Below the pieces are notes generated by a model. It had not been told where the DNA came from. It made no database searches and saw only the letters and a list, made by a program, of their open reading frames with translations. The position numbers and the translations under genes were made by a program. Shown here one piece after another: positions 12,363-26,004 of a stretch of 64,000 bases of DNA. Source of the DNA: Octopus bimaculoides. Taxonomy: Eukaryota. The stretch lies in assembly GCF_001194135.2 (NCBI RefSeq), contig NC_068989.1:51936986-52000985 (forward strand), written 5' to 3'. The stretch's first letter is position 1, and each line of letters begins with the position of its first letter.

Positions 12363-14844
12363 TCCTATATACGTATATAAATATGCATACATACATGTAT
12401 ATATATAGAAAAAACATAACATGTGCGCATCTGTTGGTCATGTCATTGTCATGTAATCGCCTCGTAAGATATGTAAATTTCACCCCAAAAATAGACTGAA
12501 AACCATAATGGAGCAGTGTGCTTTCAAATCTGTCCATGAGCTTTGACTAGAAGTGATGGCACTGCGTATTTGTTGCATGTTAGTCAATTGATTTTTTATC
12601 AAATATACGTTGACAACGAATGAAGTGTGCTGGAAATATAGAAATTGAAATGAGGTGCAATTTTGTTGTAGGAAGATTTCTAAATCAAACTTACGGTGAT
12701 ACATATTTTCACAAAAGCAAATGTGATGTTACAGCTGAAAATTTAATTGAGTTAAACTTGCAGCGAGCTCCTAGTTTCTCACAAAACACTGATGGTATAT
12801 CATGCATGATATAGCAGACAAATCGTTCCATTCAACCACTGTGTATGCGTTAACATCTCGCTTCAAAGATGACTCAGCTGGTAAAACTACTTACCAGATC
12901 GTGCCCAATATCAGAAATTGTTTTGAAGTACATTTCTTTTCCAAATACATTTGGCCACGGAATTTCTGCTAAGTGTAAATAGATCTCATACGCTCATGTT
13001 TGACATTTGTGTGGCTTTGAAATCTGGTCTTCTATATAATATATGACATATGAAAGAAAATGGAGGTTAAATGCAAGGTTATTATATTATTTTACACAAT
13101 CTATCGCCTAGCTTTCAGCATGAATTGATTTTCAATGCTCATTTGTAGCAATTCATTGACTTACGTAATATCTTGCGAAATTTAAGAACCATAGAATTCC
13201 AATCTGAATGCTATCACTGTCTTTAAGCTATGTATTTATCGATGGAAACATATGCTTATGAAATGACCAACAATTGTCTTTATCTCACTTTTGTTGGAAT
13301 CGGTTTTATTATTTCATTTTATTACTCCGTAATATTAGAAAACCAAGAATTACTTCTGCATTGGGGCAAAATGCAGCTAATGTATTCAATGTATATCATA
13401 TTACAATCCACAATCGCTGTTAGATATTGGTTGCTACCGAATTTATTTTCTTTACATAAAAGTGCATATCTCGTAGCTACACTAATAATATTATTAAGGC
13501 TACATCCGTGTCTTCTCGGGTGAAGTTGACTCCAACGTTTTGATACCAACGCACCTGGTTTAAGCTCAGGGGATTTTAGTCTGGTAATGTACAAAGAAAA
13601 TTCAGGTATGATACATATAATGTAGTCGCATACATACGTATTCCTTCTTTCTTACAAGAAAACATTGATTTAGCAGTGTTTATTGCGTATACGGGAAGAA
13701 ACATATGTTAGATGTATATTCCAAAAGGATTGTGCTGTTACATTCCTCCTTTTTTGTTTTATTAATTATATTAATTAATCAATTTAATTTTACCTACTAT
13801 TATATTATTATTATGTACTAAATTAAATAACGTAGGTCCCAGGAAACGGAGGTTCACACTGTTGGACAGAGAATAAAATCAGATGACACCCTACCGTCTC
13901 AAACAAATACACATTGAATTATGTGCTCCGAAATAAAAACATATTAACCCACGATAAACTGCATTCCAAAATAGACAGGACGGTCAAAGCTGGAATACTT
14001 CTAAAATTATCAGTGTTCTTCGTTAAACCCACCTATTTCTGGATGGCAACACCAACAAATCTGCATATGTTATTGCTTGCTTTTGCTATATAGGTCAACT
14101 CACAACATCACATTGTTGTAAATATATCACCCTAGCAAGGAACATGATAAATATATTTATGACTTAATTGTGATATAAACCCACCTGTCCAATGTTATTG
14201 TAAATACTGAAACTTATGTAACAATTTACGTTTCAATAAAATGCAACAATCATAGTTCACTATCTCGTGAGCTGTTTCATTTTAAATGAAGATTATCTAC
14301 ACTGATTTGCCAGCTTTAATTACAAAACTGTCTTTATTTTTTTTTTTTTTTACAATTTGATTAGAACTTTGTACGTTTTTCAATAATTATTTTAATATAC
14401 TTGAAAATATATTTCTGTACCTAATAACTGTCCTTTCGCATTACTTAAAATGGTATTTACCTTTTTGTTCTTCGGTAAGAAATACCCCTGATTTAAACTT
14501 TGCTCATCATTTCTCACCCGTAGAAGTACATGTGTTATCGTCCAGCCGACAATATTTGTTTCTTTAAACTATATATTCATTCAGTAAATTTATGAATGCA
14601 TTTATTATAGTTTCTAGGATATGCAACAAATCATACACATATACTGAAGGCTGAATTATTTTTCCTTTTTTGTTTTACATTGCATTACTAAACCATGATT
14701 TTACTGATGTCTATAGAACTCATATTGGGAGTAATTGTAGACTATATGCACATAGACACTAAAGATAAAAGCACTTCAAATATCCTTGTATTTGAATAAT
14801 TTAATAAGTAATTCTAATATAGAAGTTAGCGTCTTTCACGTCAG

Positions 14845-14877
<33 letters not shown>

Positions 14878-16179
14878 CTAATGATATGCACGTAACCTTC
14901 AAATAATGTCAGAGGATACACAGATAGGTTTTCAGAGACGTGAAAAGTAAAAGGCCAAAGTTCTGATGAACTTCCATATACGAAATGGAATGTCGGGTTT
15001 TCAACAACAAATGAAATAATTACGTGGCTTCAGAATCTAAAATATGATCATAACATTTTATTTTAGAAATATCTTTTAAGAGAATTCAGCCCTTAATATA
15101 GTGTTAAATGAAGCAAATAGACGATGACAAATGAAACTTGTGAGTAAATTCCATGTAAAATCATCAGAATTATTAACCGGAGAATATAAAAATAAACAAT
15201 AATATACATGCTAATGTATATTAGGACAGAAACATTTAGGAGAAAAGAATATATAATTTTAAAATAAAACAGCTAAAATGGAAAATCGATACCAAAATAT
15301 TCTTATGTGAAGAAACATTTTGAATAGGGATGAGATTTTACTTTCGATTCACCTTTACTGGAATGGGCCCATTTATATTTTGCTGAAGAATATCCATCCC
15401 CTATAGCAGAATTAGCACTTTATTCATAGCAAAGTTGCTTTGTTCTCATGCTTCCTTAAAGTGAAAATTGGATTTAGTGTTTTATCAATTCTTACTCGCC
15501 CTGTTTTCAAGCTTATCTTCAATAGAATTCTGTACAGAATTTTGTAATCTCACGTACGGACATTTTCATTGATTAAAGAATGAATGACGTTCGAAGAAAA
15601 AAGAAAGTAAAGCATTATTCTGAACGATAGTAACATTTTATTTTGTTACTTCGCCTTCTAAAAATATCAAATTGTTTAGAATTTGGATTTTCAGCTTCAT
15701 TGATGACATAGAAAGTACTAAGTTAGATCGATGTATTTTCGCATATACGCATTCGCATACACATACAACAGCACATACACGATCACAGTCAGCAGTACAT
15801 GCACCCATGCGCGTACACACAGGCAGATACAAGCACACACACATAGACGCACACATAAGAACACACACATTGATAGACACACATATATATATGTGTGTCT
15901 GCCTAAACGTCGATAGATGCATACGCTAATGAAAATGAAAGAATGCATAAGTGTAACACCGAGATCTGAAATGAAAAAGAATACTGCATGTTTTTTCGCT
16001 CATTTAGCCATTGATGGCTTATTTAAGCAAATAATTGCGACAATTTTTGCGGTCGAATTCTATTATAAATCAAAATTAGGTTCTTTTTTTCGTCTAAAAA
16101 TTACATTTTAGGAGAATGCTTATTGAATAGCAAATAATTGTCGAACTTTAAAGACGGTTATATCATAACAGTAAAAATA

Positions 16180-16183
16180 ATAA

Positions 16184-16257
<74 letters not shown>
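16180..16257 (+). repeat. (AAT)n microsatellite preceding a LINE 3' end
   Basis: Direct reading. Confidence 0.97.
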
Positions 16258-16259
<2 letters not shown>

Positions 16260-16260
<1 letters not shown>

Positions 16261-16480
16261 GTGAGCAAAAATCTTGAGAAGTACGTGGAACAAATAGGGG
16301 CTGCAATAAGGGTGGAGCACTTGCAGAAAACAGCACTGTTTGGAACCGCTCGAATACTCCGGAAGGTGCTCGAAAAATAAGAGGCGTTACCTTAGTTCAC
16401 TGGTAGTGAACAGCTGACACTGTAGTACATCTCCAGCATTAGAAGCTGTGCAAAGCAACAACAATAATAATAATAATAAA
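16260..16480 (+). mobile_element. 3' end of an RLE-type non-LTR retrotransposon (R4/Dong-like) with 3' UTR and (AAC/AAT)n tail
   Basis: VSKNLEKYVEQIGAAIRVEHLQKTALFGTARILRKVLEK* is the typical C-terminus after the restriction-like endonuclease. Flanked by AAT repeats on both sides. Confidence 0.85.
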
Positions 16481-16645
16481 TTCATAGCCAAAAAGATAGA
16501 TTCGAATAGGCCAGACATTATATTGAAGGACTTCAGACAAAAATATTTCTCCTCATTGATATGACTGTCCCAATCGACGTAAATGTATCTGTCAAGACCT
16601 ACCAAAAAGTGAGGAAGTATAAAGATCTTGAAATAAAAATTTATC
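16481..16645 (+). mobile_element. Second RLE-LINE fragment (PD-(D/E)xK endonuclease core)
   Basis: KKIDSNRPDIILKD, frameshift, then LLIDMTVPIDVNVSVKTYQKVRKYKDLEIKI. Confidence 0.85.
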
Positions 16646-16855
16646 AGTTTATCCTGATATGAAACCACCAAGCCGCACAGATATGGTTGTGATGCATGTG
16701 TCTCATGTACCCTTATCAGATGAGTAGGTGTGATGTGTATACTGAGCTTCGTATATTTTACTCCAGTGTCACCTTGATAGTATGAACTGCTCTCTCATTC
16801 AATGATAATAATAACAATAACGGCGATGATATTATTGTTATTATCATTATTATTA

Positions 16856-16913
<58 letters not shown>

Positions 16914-16914
16914 G

Positions 16915-17092
16915 AAGGCATTGGGTTGGCAGAATCGTTAATACGCCGTAGAAAGTGCTTAGTGGCGTTTCATCTTGATTTATTTTCTGAGTTGGAATTG
17001 TGCTGAGGTCGACTTTGCTGTTTATGCTTACAAATTCAAATAAATAAGTACCAGTTAGGTACTGCGAATCACTGTAATTGACTAACTCCTCC
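16915..17092 (+). mobile_element. tRNA-derived SINE (family A)
   Basis: AAGGC..TTGGCAGAATCGTTA..GCTTAG..TTCTGAGTT..GAGGTCGACTTTGC..ATAAGTACCAGTT. Follows an (ATT)n run. Confidence 0.8.
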
Positions 17093-18955
17093 CAGACAAT
17101 GTCAGCCCTTCTGAGTACACTAGAAATGATTATCATTTTTATCATTTGTATTTCTCTGTGTGTTCCCTTTGAACGTTCATTGAATACGTAATAATCATAT
17201 TACATGCCTTAGCAAAATACCAATGGAAGACTTGTAGAGAATATCTCTTTTGGCTTGCATTCGTGTCATAATTTCAACATAATTTTCAATGTGTCATTTA
17301 AAGCTATGAATTGGTGGGAAGTTGTTCATTTTTGTTGAAGTACTGAATATGATACGGCCAATTGAATATAACCAGAATCCATTTCATTTGCAGTTAATTC
17401 GTTTGTTCATATATCTCGCATAATCATCATTGAACTATAGCGTTAGATACTATACATTTATTTAAGTCCGTATCTCACTATTTTCCTTTGAACGCTATCA
17501 CAATCGGCAATTTTCTTCCCTAATAGATGTGTGAATTTCTACTAAGTGAGCAATATAACATACAAGAAAACCTGATTACTCTTTTCTATGCTAAAGCAAG
17601 TAACGTTTTCTATAATATGAGTAGCTGTTCTCATAGAAAAATACATTGATGCGGTATTAAACGTATTATGTACAGCAATATATAAATAAACCATTGGAAA
17701 GGTGTACACAACATTCATTTAATGTGCTTTCTGCGGCTTCATGTTCGAAATATAAACAAAGAGACTATACGTTTATTCCCGTTTACTTAATCTCTCCATC
17801 ATAGAGCTACTCCCACTATGCTATGATTTCACATTTGCTATAAAACCCATTTGCACAATTCTGTACAGATTCAGAGATATACTTATTTAGTATATTATTA
17901 CCCATATAGAAGACATTACATATTTCTCTGAGATACACCATATGCTGCTGAGATCTAAAATCCCCCTGCTGATAAAGTTAGATATTTGTTATATGACTGC
18001 TGAATGGCGAATGCCTGGAACAATATAACAGTATGTCGTACTCTATGGAAAACATCGAACCATGTCAATAATTTGGTAAATAAGTGAAAATAGTCGTCAA
18101 ACGTCTTGCAGAAATTTTGTGAAGGCGATTGCGACACAGAAATAAGGAGGCACCAACTCTCCTAAATATAAACTACAAATATAATTTTATTAAAATATAT
18201 AGTTGGACGTGTTAAAATAACATATTTGCAATAATGGACTGGCTTATGCTTGATTTTATTGAGATATTTACATTTTCCTACACTTACGTCAAATGCCATG
18301 CTCTCATCCCCATTCAAATATTATTGCAAGATCTCTCTTTTTGTTTTATACGTGAACAATACACACTCCCTAGAAAATCCTGTTAAATATACGAGATGAG
18401 ATTTTAATGTTCATAAAATTAATTTCTGAGCGATAACAAGTTAAATCTATTAAGTAAAAGAGAATTATATACAATATTTACCACAGGCAGACGTAAAGAA
18501 CTTTTAAATATTTATTTTTTGCTTAGCTTAATAAAATCAATTTTCGAACTCTTTCATATTATGCGTGGTGTTTTATATTACCAATAGTGTTCAAACTATA
18601 TATAGATGCAGAGAACATATAAACAAACACATATAACTAACAAACACTCAGACAATATTGAACTGCTAACTATATGGAATAGAAAGGAAAAAGAAATATA
18701 CAATGCATGTCTCTTTGTGCATGTGTATACATGCTTTGTCACCATGTGAGAATAGATCTGCATACGTATGATAGAGTGTTTATATCCCTGATGACTATTT
18801 ATAAACGCTAAGCATGTATGCAAAGTGGCATATGTAAAATATACATATATGTGTGCATGTATGAATATATTCGTATATACATATGCGTTTATTCACATAG
18901 ATATGTAGGCAGACAAAAGACAGACAGCTAGACAAACAGACAAACAGACAGATAT

Positions 18956-18957
<2 letters not shown>

Positions 18958-18991
<34 letters not shown>

Positions 18992-19002
18992 AGAGCAAGA
19001 GA

Positions 19003-19050
<48 letters not shown>
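18958..19050 (+). repeat. Compound (GATA)n/(GA)n microsatellite
   Basis: Direct reading. Confidence 0.9.
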
Positions 19051-19053
<3 letters not shown>

Positions 19054-20155
19054 AGCCACGCACATATGTAAATATGTGTCCATATTTACGTATATCGTTT
19101 GTAGGTCTTTTTGCAAATTTATGAGTGCACATATATATGAACACATAGACGCACACATATATGGGAATAATTATGGATGTACGAACATATTTTTACTTAT
19201 TCGAAATACTTTTGCATTTTATTTCAGTGTGTTTGACAGAAATAATAACTAACTTCACATATACAGAAACAGCTGGCTTTCCACAATTTTCTTTTTCCTA
19301 GTACAAATATTTGTTTTGCAAACAATCATATCTAATCAATCACAGAGTGAAACATCGTGTTTCAATAATTCCTCTCTCTCTGTCAGTATCCAGTCGGTTT
19401 CATTTGGCAACGAAAGAAAATCGACGACGTCCCTAATTATTAATTTTCTAGAAGTTGCGTTACATAGCTTGTTTTTCTCAGTTGGTTGCTGACAGTGATG
19501 TTGCTATTCTTACTGCTACTGCTAGTGTGTATACTTGATTTTGTTGTTGCTGCTTCTGTAGTTATTTTGGTTGGTTTGTCTATGGATGTGTTGTTATTAT
19601 AGTGATATATTTACTTGGAAACCATGATGCTGTTCTAAGTGTATATTTGTTTAGCGCTCGAAGAATCTTTTGCTATTGTTTTCTACTTTTAAGGACCATT
19701 TCGACAATAGATACGCATACGGATACGTAAATATACACTCGAATAAGTGTATATCAATACATGTTTCTACCAGTCTTTCTATAAAGAAATACTCATATGC
19801 TCACTGTAAAACATAGACATATGCGGATACATAGATATAATATCATTAGACATATATTATAAAAATACTAGCTGACCATGTGCCGTCAATAATGATGGCT
19901 AATAGTAGTAAATAAGGCATAAAATAAGGTACGTTACAATCACACATACAAACGTTCAAATTCTCCCCTTGTACATATTTACTCACACAAGAGTTGAACC
20001 GCTGATTTTTTTGTTCACTCCTTCCTTTCTTATTCATCTATCATCCCTTACTTTTTCTCACTGTCTCTCAATCAGGGCTTTTACTTTCACTACTTCTCCT
20101 TCACTGAATTACTATTTTCTCTCCTCTTCCACGCCTGGCGTGATTCTGGACAACT

Positions 20156-20200
<45 letters not shown>

Positions 20201-20479
20201 CACTACGCTCATTATTATGTTAGGGGATGTCTAAAAGCTAATTTAATGAACATTATGCATGGACAAAATGAGAATTCTCTTGAAATATGCCTTGATAGTT
20301 ACAATTTTTTTCTAAGTTGGCTTACTTAGCCAAATTTATAAACTTTCAACAGCAGAATTCGTGTTAAATTAATAAATTTCAACGTTATCCCATAATCACT
20401 ACATATGCGGTTATTAACAAGAACGTTAAATCACAATATAATGGTTTCAAATTGCAGTAAATGCCTAGTAATTCAAATT

Positions 20480-20685
20480 GGAAACGGTTGAGTAATTACG
20501 TCAACAGCAGCGGTCAACTAATACGAGTACTTAGTTTAACGACTTCAAAAGTACGAAATGAAATACTGATTTCAGCGGCATATAAACACAAAACGTAAAT
20601 AGCCGGAAGAAATAATTAAAGCATTTCTCTCGAAGCTTTAAAGATTATGGCAAAGAGCCGCCTTTAATAATGACTTTTGACTAAG
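20480..20685 (-). mobile_element. Highly decayed SINE (family A)
   Basis: Reverse complement shows AAGGCGGCTC head, AGAAATGCTT and AAACTAAGTACTC in the expected order. Confidence 0.5.
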
Positions 20686-20879
20686 CGAAAGGGCTACAAA
20701 TTTGGTTGTGACGGGGGAGTAGATTTGTGTATTACATCAAGCCGGTTGTTTAGATGGTACTTTATTCTGTTGACCTCGCGTGGATGGTAGTGAAATTGCG
20801 TCTCAATACTATTTAAAATAGGACGGAAGAAATTCTGTGAACCGGCGACCTAAATAATGATAATCTTTTCTACTATAGA

Positions 20880-21122
20880 CACAAGGCCGGAAATTAAGCG
20901 GGAGGGAAGTAATCGATTACGATCACTCCAATACTTAATTTTGTTCGACGTAGCAATCAATTACATTAACACCAGTATTCAGCGGGTACTTATTTTCAGA
21001 AACCCGAAAGGAGGCAAGGCAAAGTCGACCTCGGCGGAATTTGAATTCAGAACATAGCGACGAGCGAAATTTGGTTAATCATTTCGTCCACCGTGCTAAC
21101 GATTCTGCCAGCTTACACCTTA
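20880..21122 (-). mobile_element. tRNA-derived SINE (family A)
   Basis: Plus strand GCAAAGTCGACCTCGGCGGAATTTGAATTCAGAAC..CGTGCTAACGATTCTGCCAGCT is the reverse complement of the family head and core. Confidence 0.88.
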
Positions 21123-21134
21123 AAATAATAATGG

Positions 21135-21135
<1 letters not shown>

Positions 21136-21165
<30 letters not shown>

Positions 21166-21220
21166 CATAATAACAATAATAATAATAAGAAGAAGAAGAA
21201 GAAGAAGAGGAAGAAAAAGA

Positions 21221-21251
<31 letters not shown>

Positions 21252-21490
21252 GAAGAAGATGAAGAAGAAGAAGAAGAAAAAGAAGAAGACGAAGAAGAAG
21301 AAGATAAACAAGAAGAAGAAGAAGAAGAAGAAGAAGAAGAAGAAGAAGAAGAAGAAGAAGAAGAAGAAGAAGAAGAGATAAAGAAGAACAAGAACAACAG
21401 TGACAACAACAGCAATAGGAATACTAATAACACTAGCAACATCAATAATAATAATTATTATTATAATTATGATGCTACTAATAATAATTA
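21136..21490 (+). repeat. Compound trinucleotide tract (TTA)n-(ATA)n-(GAA/GGA)n-(AAC)n-(AAT)n
   Basis: Direct reading; the purine block spans about 21188-21395. Confidence 0.95.
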
Positions 21491-21519
21491 ACTGGACTGT
21501 TATAACAAGAATATTCCAT

Positions 21520-23480
21520 AGTACCTAATCATATGTAATCAAGAACCTACCAAAGATCCTGGATCATCCTTACCATTAAACGAACAAATTGGAAGCATTT
21601 CCCCATCCGTTCTCTCCATCGTATGGTTTCGAACTTAGTGTAGGCCCATACTCTCAATTAACCCTCGCCTTATGCACCCACCTTTCAATAAATTTTCTTG
21701 ATCGGTGGGCAGTACCTCTCTTTCAACGCACAACTTTCTTTTAAACTGGAAACTGAAAAGGGTGAGTTTCACCGAAGCAGAAACTTTCCGTCTCCAGTTA
21801 TAACTCATTCCTGAAGGATCAGTTATCATAACATAGCCACCAGGGAGAAAATTTGTCAGTCTTTTCAAGGAAATTAATCTGGTAGGGTAATCATGATACA
21901 GCTGGCTGATAGACGAATCCCTCTCCATTTCATAGCAGCTATTCTCACCAATGCTTGAGAACTGCTCTAGGTTACACTTATTTTTTCTGCAAAAGAAACC
22001 TTCATGTTTCGCGTTGAACCTTTGAATAAGAGCCAATCATTCCACCTATATTACAGACGCGATGCCTTTCATAAGCGATTTTTAGGCGCCTAACTTCATC
22101 CCTCTCAAACTTAGCCATGTCTATCACTATTTCCTTACGAATCTCAAATCTAATAATGCTTTTCAGAACTAGCGAGCGTCGGAAATTGGTTACTGCCTAG
22201 GTTGCCCACCTCTTCTCTATTTCTTTCGTCAATTCTTTGTAAATTAGGTGCACCAGGAAGACAGTTTTAGTTTCCAGTATCCAGTTCATTGCGAAGGGAA
22301 TCTATGCTGGAAGAATATATAGATCGCAAATGTCCGATCTAGGAAAGATCTATGCTCTCTTTATGTACTAACCTAAAGACACCTTTATCTATATGCGATG
22401 TGGATAAATGGATGCAGCTCGCACGTCTCACATTTCCGCAGTTGAACTCAGCAGATTTACGAGCATTATATATATTTTGCCCTGTCAGCTAAATCTACGT
22501 ATTAAAGATATACATCAAAGGTCAAGATCCAATAGCGGGTAAATCCTAATGAACAGAGATATTTAAGGAAAACATTCAGATGCCTAAAGAAATGTTGCTA
22601 CCTTATCCCTTTTCGGCGTACACGGTGATTGATCTAAAGAGAACGCCATTGCTAGTGTTACGTTCTAGAATCACGAATTTTCCTCCGGGTCTATGAAGAT
22701 GAGCTGTATATCGAATCTGGGATTTTCCGAAACAGTATCCCCATCCCACTCGATATACCAAGTCACAGATGTGCAATTCTAAGAGTTATAACAAAGAGAG
22801 GATACATCGCATGTGTCAAGAAACCTAGAATCCTGAGGTCATTAAGCTAGTGCACCTGTTACAAAGTGACACCAGGCCACGTACACATAAAGAACCGTCT
22901 CTCACAACTGCCACGATAGCAGAAAAGAATGTAGATATAAGGGAACGAGTTCCTTATCCATACAAGTTGACGCAGGCCTCCTAAAATTTTGATCTTCATT
23001 TAGGTCTTTTAGACGCCTACTGCTGGCCCTTACACTGGAGCTTCTCTTGTCATGGAGGAAATTATTTATTATTATCTTGTATGCTTTCACGTCCAGCCTT
23101 ATTAATTTAAGATTTGAAAGTGCTGAATCTGAAGGCATCTTCATCTGGTTCAATGTTTGAGCAAGAAAGAATATCAGTTTTTGATTTGTACTCTTTATCA
23201 ACACAAATTTCTGGCGATTTTCTGAATGTTACTATTTTTGTGTGTCTGTCTGCAGTTTGTAATCGTGAACCGTAAGCGGAGCATTGGTTCATGGCCATGA
23301 AGGGATTTGAATGTCTCCGTTAATTGTTAATTTCACTAAGGTCATGAAGTCGTTACTGAAATTAACTGCTCTGTGGGAACTTATTGCGCAACTCCTCGGC
23401 TGGTGTCAAAAATGTTCGTTCAAACTCCATTGTGTTACATTGTACCACAAACTTCAATAAATTACAGAGTAAATTAGACA
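21520..23480 (-). mobile_element. Decayed Tx1/L1-clade LINE fragment (ORF1 end, AP endonuclease, linker)
   Basis: Minus-strand remnants FIDPE..FVILE..SNGVLFRSITVYA (APE) and ALIQRFNAKHEG (linker), with many stops and frameshifts. Confidence 0.65.
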
Positions 23481-23584
23481 AAAAAATTATATGATAGTTT
23501 TGTCAAAGGCGTTCATGCATGCTTCCACCCCGTTATCGTGGTCAATATTGAGGTACTGTGAAGAAACATCCAGTTTTCGACACT

Positions 23585-23670
23585 ACTCCTGTGCTTAATA
23601 AAATAAGTACCAGTTGAGTCAACTAGCACGCCCCCACCAAAATTTCAAGGTTTGTGCCTATAGTAGAAAG
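23585..23670 (+). mobile_element. 3' fragment of SINE family A
   Basis: AAAATAAGTACCAGTTGAG..CCCCACCAAAATTTCAAGG.TTGTGCCTATAGTAGAAAGGATT. Confidence 0.6.
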
Positions 23671-24752
23671 GATTACTACTTTTATTAATAATAATTATCT
23701 ACAGCAATGTCCATTATTTGTCTAAAAGCTAACTTATAGATTCTCTCTATTCCTGTATTCGGGTTGCTTCACTTTTTTCTTCTTATCATATACATCTTTC
23801 ATAAGCGGCAACGACATCTGAAGCTCTACCTTTACTATAACTACTGCCGTTCACCATCATAATAAACATTTATATATACTCCACTTGTACTACGGCCAAC
23901 ATCTTCATCACAATCACTAGGAGGGAAACACTACATACACCTCACCTTCTCCTTTTCAACACCGTTGTCACTATGGTCATGATTGATTAGTTTTTATCCA
24001 TTCAATCTTCTACTTTTATTTTCTTTTTGTCTTTCATTAAATTAGATACTAGTCGTCCCTCTTTTTTTCTCGTTTTCCTTTGTTTTTCACTCTTTTCTTC
24101 TGCTTATTTTCATTCAAAATATGTTTTGTAATGTTACATACAATAGATGATATTTGTTTATTCACAACCCCGTTTTTCATCTACTTTCTCTATTTTACCT
24201 CTCTCTTTATCTTTCGCTGCTCGACGTCTTTATCGCTGTTTATTTCTGTTTTATTTGTGTTTAATATCTTTCAGCGCCATTTGTCTGTAGGTAGTTCTTT
24301 TCACGACGCTAATGCGATAATGGAAATGAAGAGAAAAACATTGATAAATAAATCCATGTTCTATATAGATTTTCAACAAGGAGTGTTTCATAGCCAAACT
24401 ATTTAGAAAACGTATAAAAGATGAGTTTTCATGTGCGTAATCGCAATGTAAACAAGCATATATATGATAGGGGTTGATATTGGACCTGGCGCAGTTAGTT
24501 GTATTAGTGACAGAATTGTTTATTATTTGAAGCTCCCTTGTGATAACTATTTTAACGAGGTTTATGTCTGTACTAATATTTTCCGTGTCCTTAGCGGCAA
24601 TGATATTATCAATAATAAGTATTATAGATTTATGTGTAACTTTAGATTCTTCTGCTATGATTTCAGCAGGATTATATGTTGAACATATTTTTTATTTATA
24701 TTTGCAAAAATGATATGTTTTATATTAAATAATATGATATACTACTATATTA

Positions 24753-26004
24753 TTGTGTTGGAAACACAGTTCCCGACGTTTTTTGTAAATTTTGAAATTT
24801 TTTCCGTTTTCAAATTTAGGAATCTATTTTTTTCGACAATTCTATCTTTGAATCTTTTTGTAATCTATCTTCTTTTTTTTTCTAGTTAATTTTAGTTAAT
24901 TCTTGTTTATTTTCAGGTCATTAAAATGGAATGTCATGTTAAGAAAAACGAGCATTTTCGACACCTCCAAGGTTGTAAGGCCGTAAAAGCTGCTCGCGAC
25001 ATTTGTGTTGTGTATGGAGAGGGTGCCATAGCTGAAAGAAGCGCTTGTGACTGGTATGCCAAGTTCAAAAATGGAAATTTTGACCTCAAAGACGCACCTC
25101 GTTCTGGCCGTCCAGTTGAGTTAGATGAAGAGCGATTAAACCAACTTTTGCACGAACATTTTCCTCAAACAACAAGGGAAGTGGCAGAAAAAGTGGAATG
25201 CTCCCACGCTGCTATAGAGAAGCATCTTTACGCGATGGGAAAGGTTCAGAAGTATCGAGCATGGGTCCCGCATGCTTTAAGTGACAACCACAAAAATCAA
25301 CGAGACACAATCTCCACTTGTATGCTTGCTCGTCACCGCTCAATTCATGGACACACGCAACGATTACTTTACCGAATCGTTAATGGCGAGGAAAAATCGT
25401 GCCTGTACGTCAATATGAAGCAGCGTAAGGAATGGATTAGCCCTGGTAAACAAGCGACACCGCATGTGAAACAAGATCTTTATCCGCGTAAAACGATGTT
25501 GTGTGTATGGTGGACTGGGAAGGGGTTATCCATTATGAATTACTTGAACAGAACCAAACGGTCAACGCGAAACTCTATGTTCAACAAATGGAACGACTCA
25601 ACACGGCTATTCAATAGAAAAGGCCAAATCGTCAGTATGGAGTTCTTCTGCACGACAACGCCTACCCTCATATCGCCAATATGACGAAGGAAGCCGTTCA
25701 AACGCATAGTTGGGAAATGCTACTACACCCGCCATACTCTCTTCATTTCCGCCACTTTCGATATCTTTCAAATGCTATGCGTGGAGTTTCGTTCAATACT
25801 GATGCAGAATTGAGAGCCTGGTTGGATCAATTTATTGAGTCGAAATCGGGTGATTTCTACCAACGAGGTATTGAAAATCTTGTTGAACGTTGGGAAGAAG
25901 TTCTAAACAACAAGGGTGCATTGATTAATTAGTTGTTATTTTTTATTAAACCTTTAACAAATTTTTAATTTTAAAAAACGGTGGGAACTTAGTTGCCAAC
26001 TTAA
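24753..26004 (+). mobile_element. Full-length mariner DNA transposon (about 1.25 kb), decayed
   Basis: TA on both sides (24751-52, 26005-06). About 30-bp TIRs TTGTGTTGGAAACACAGTTCCCGACGTTTT vs the reverse complement of AAAACGGTGGGAACTTAGTTGCCAACTTAA. Internal transposase. Confidence 0.93.
24926..25932 (+). pseudogene. Mariner (DD34D-type) transposase pseudogene
   Basis: HTH region WYAKFKNGNFDLKDAPRSGRP, WVPHAL, RIVNGEEK (first D lost), LLHDNAYPH in the shifted frame, PPYS with the PDLAPSD segment deleted, C-terminal GIENLVERWEEV. Confidence 0.92.

Noticed and set aside
12895-12965. Minus-strand exon candidate (E)IPWPNVFGKEMYFKTISDIGHDL with a GTAAGT donor
   Set aside because: No recognisable homology and no compatible partner exons. 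It conflicts with equally weak + strand candidates; unresolved without RNA data.
14960-14998. CTGATGA...GAAA hammerhead-like spacing
   Set aside because: No helix II closes between the core motifs; the only hairpin (TTCCAT/ATGGAA) overlaps GAAA, and helices I and III are absent.
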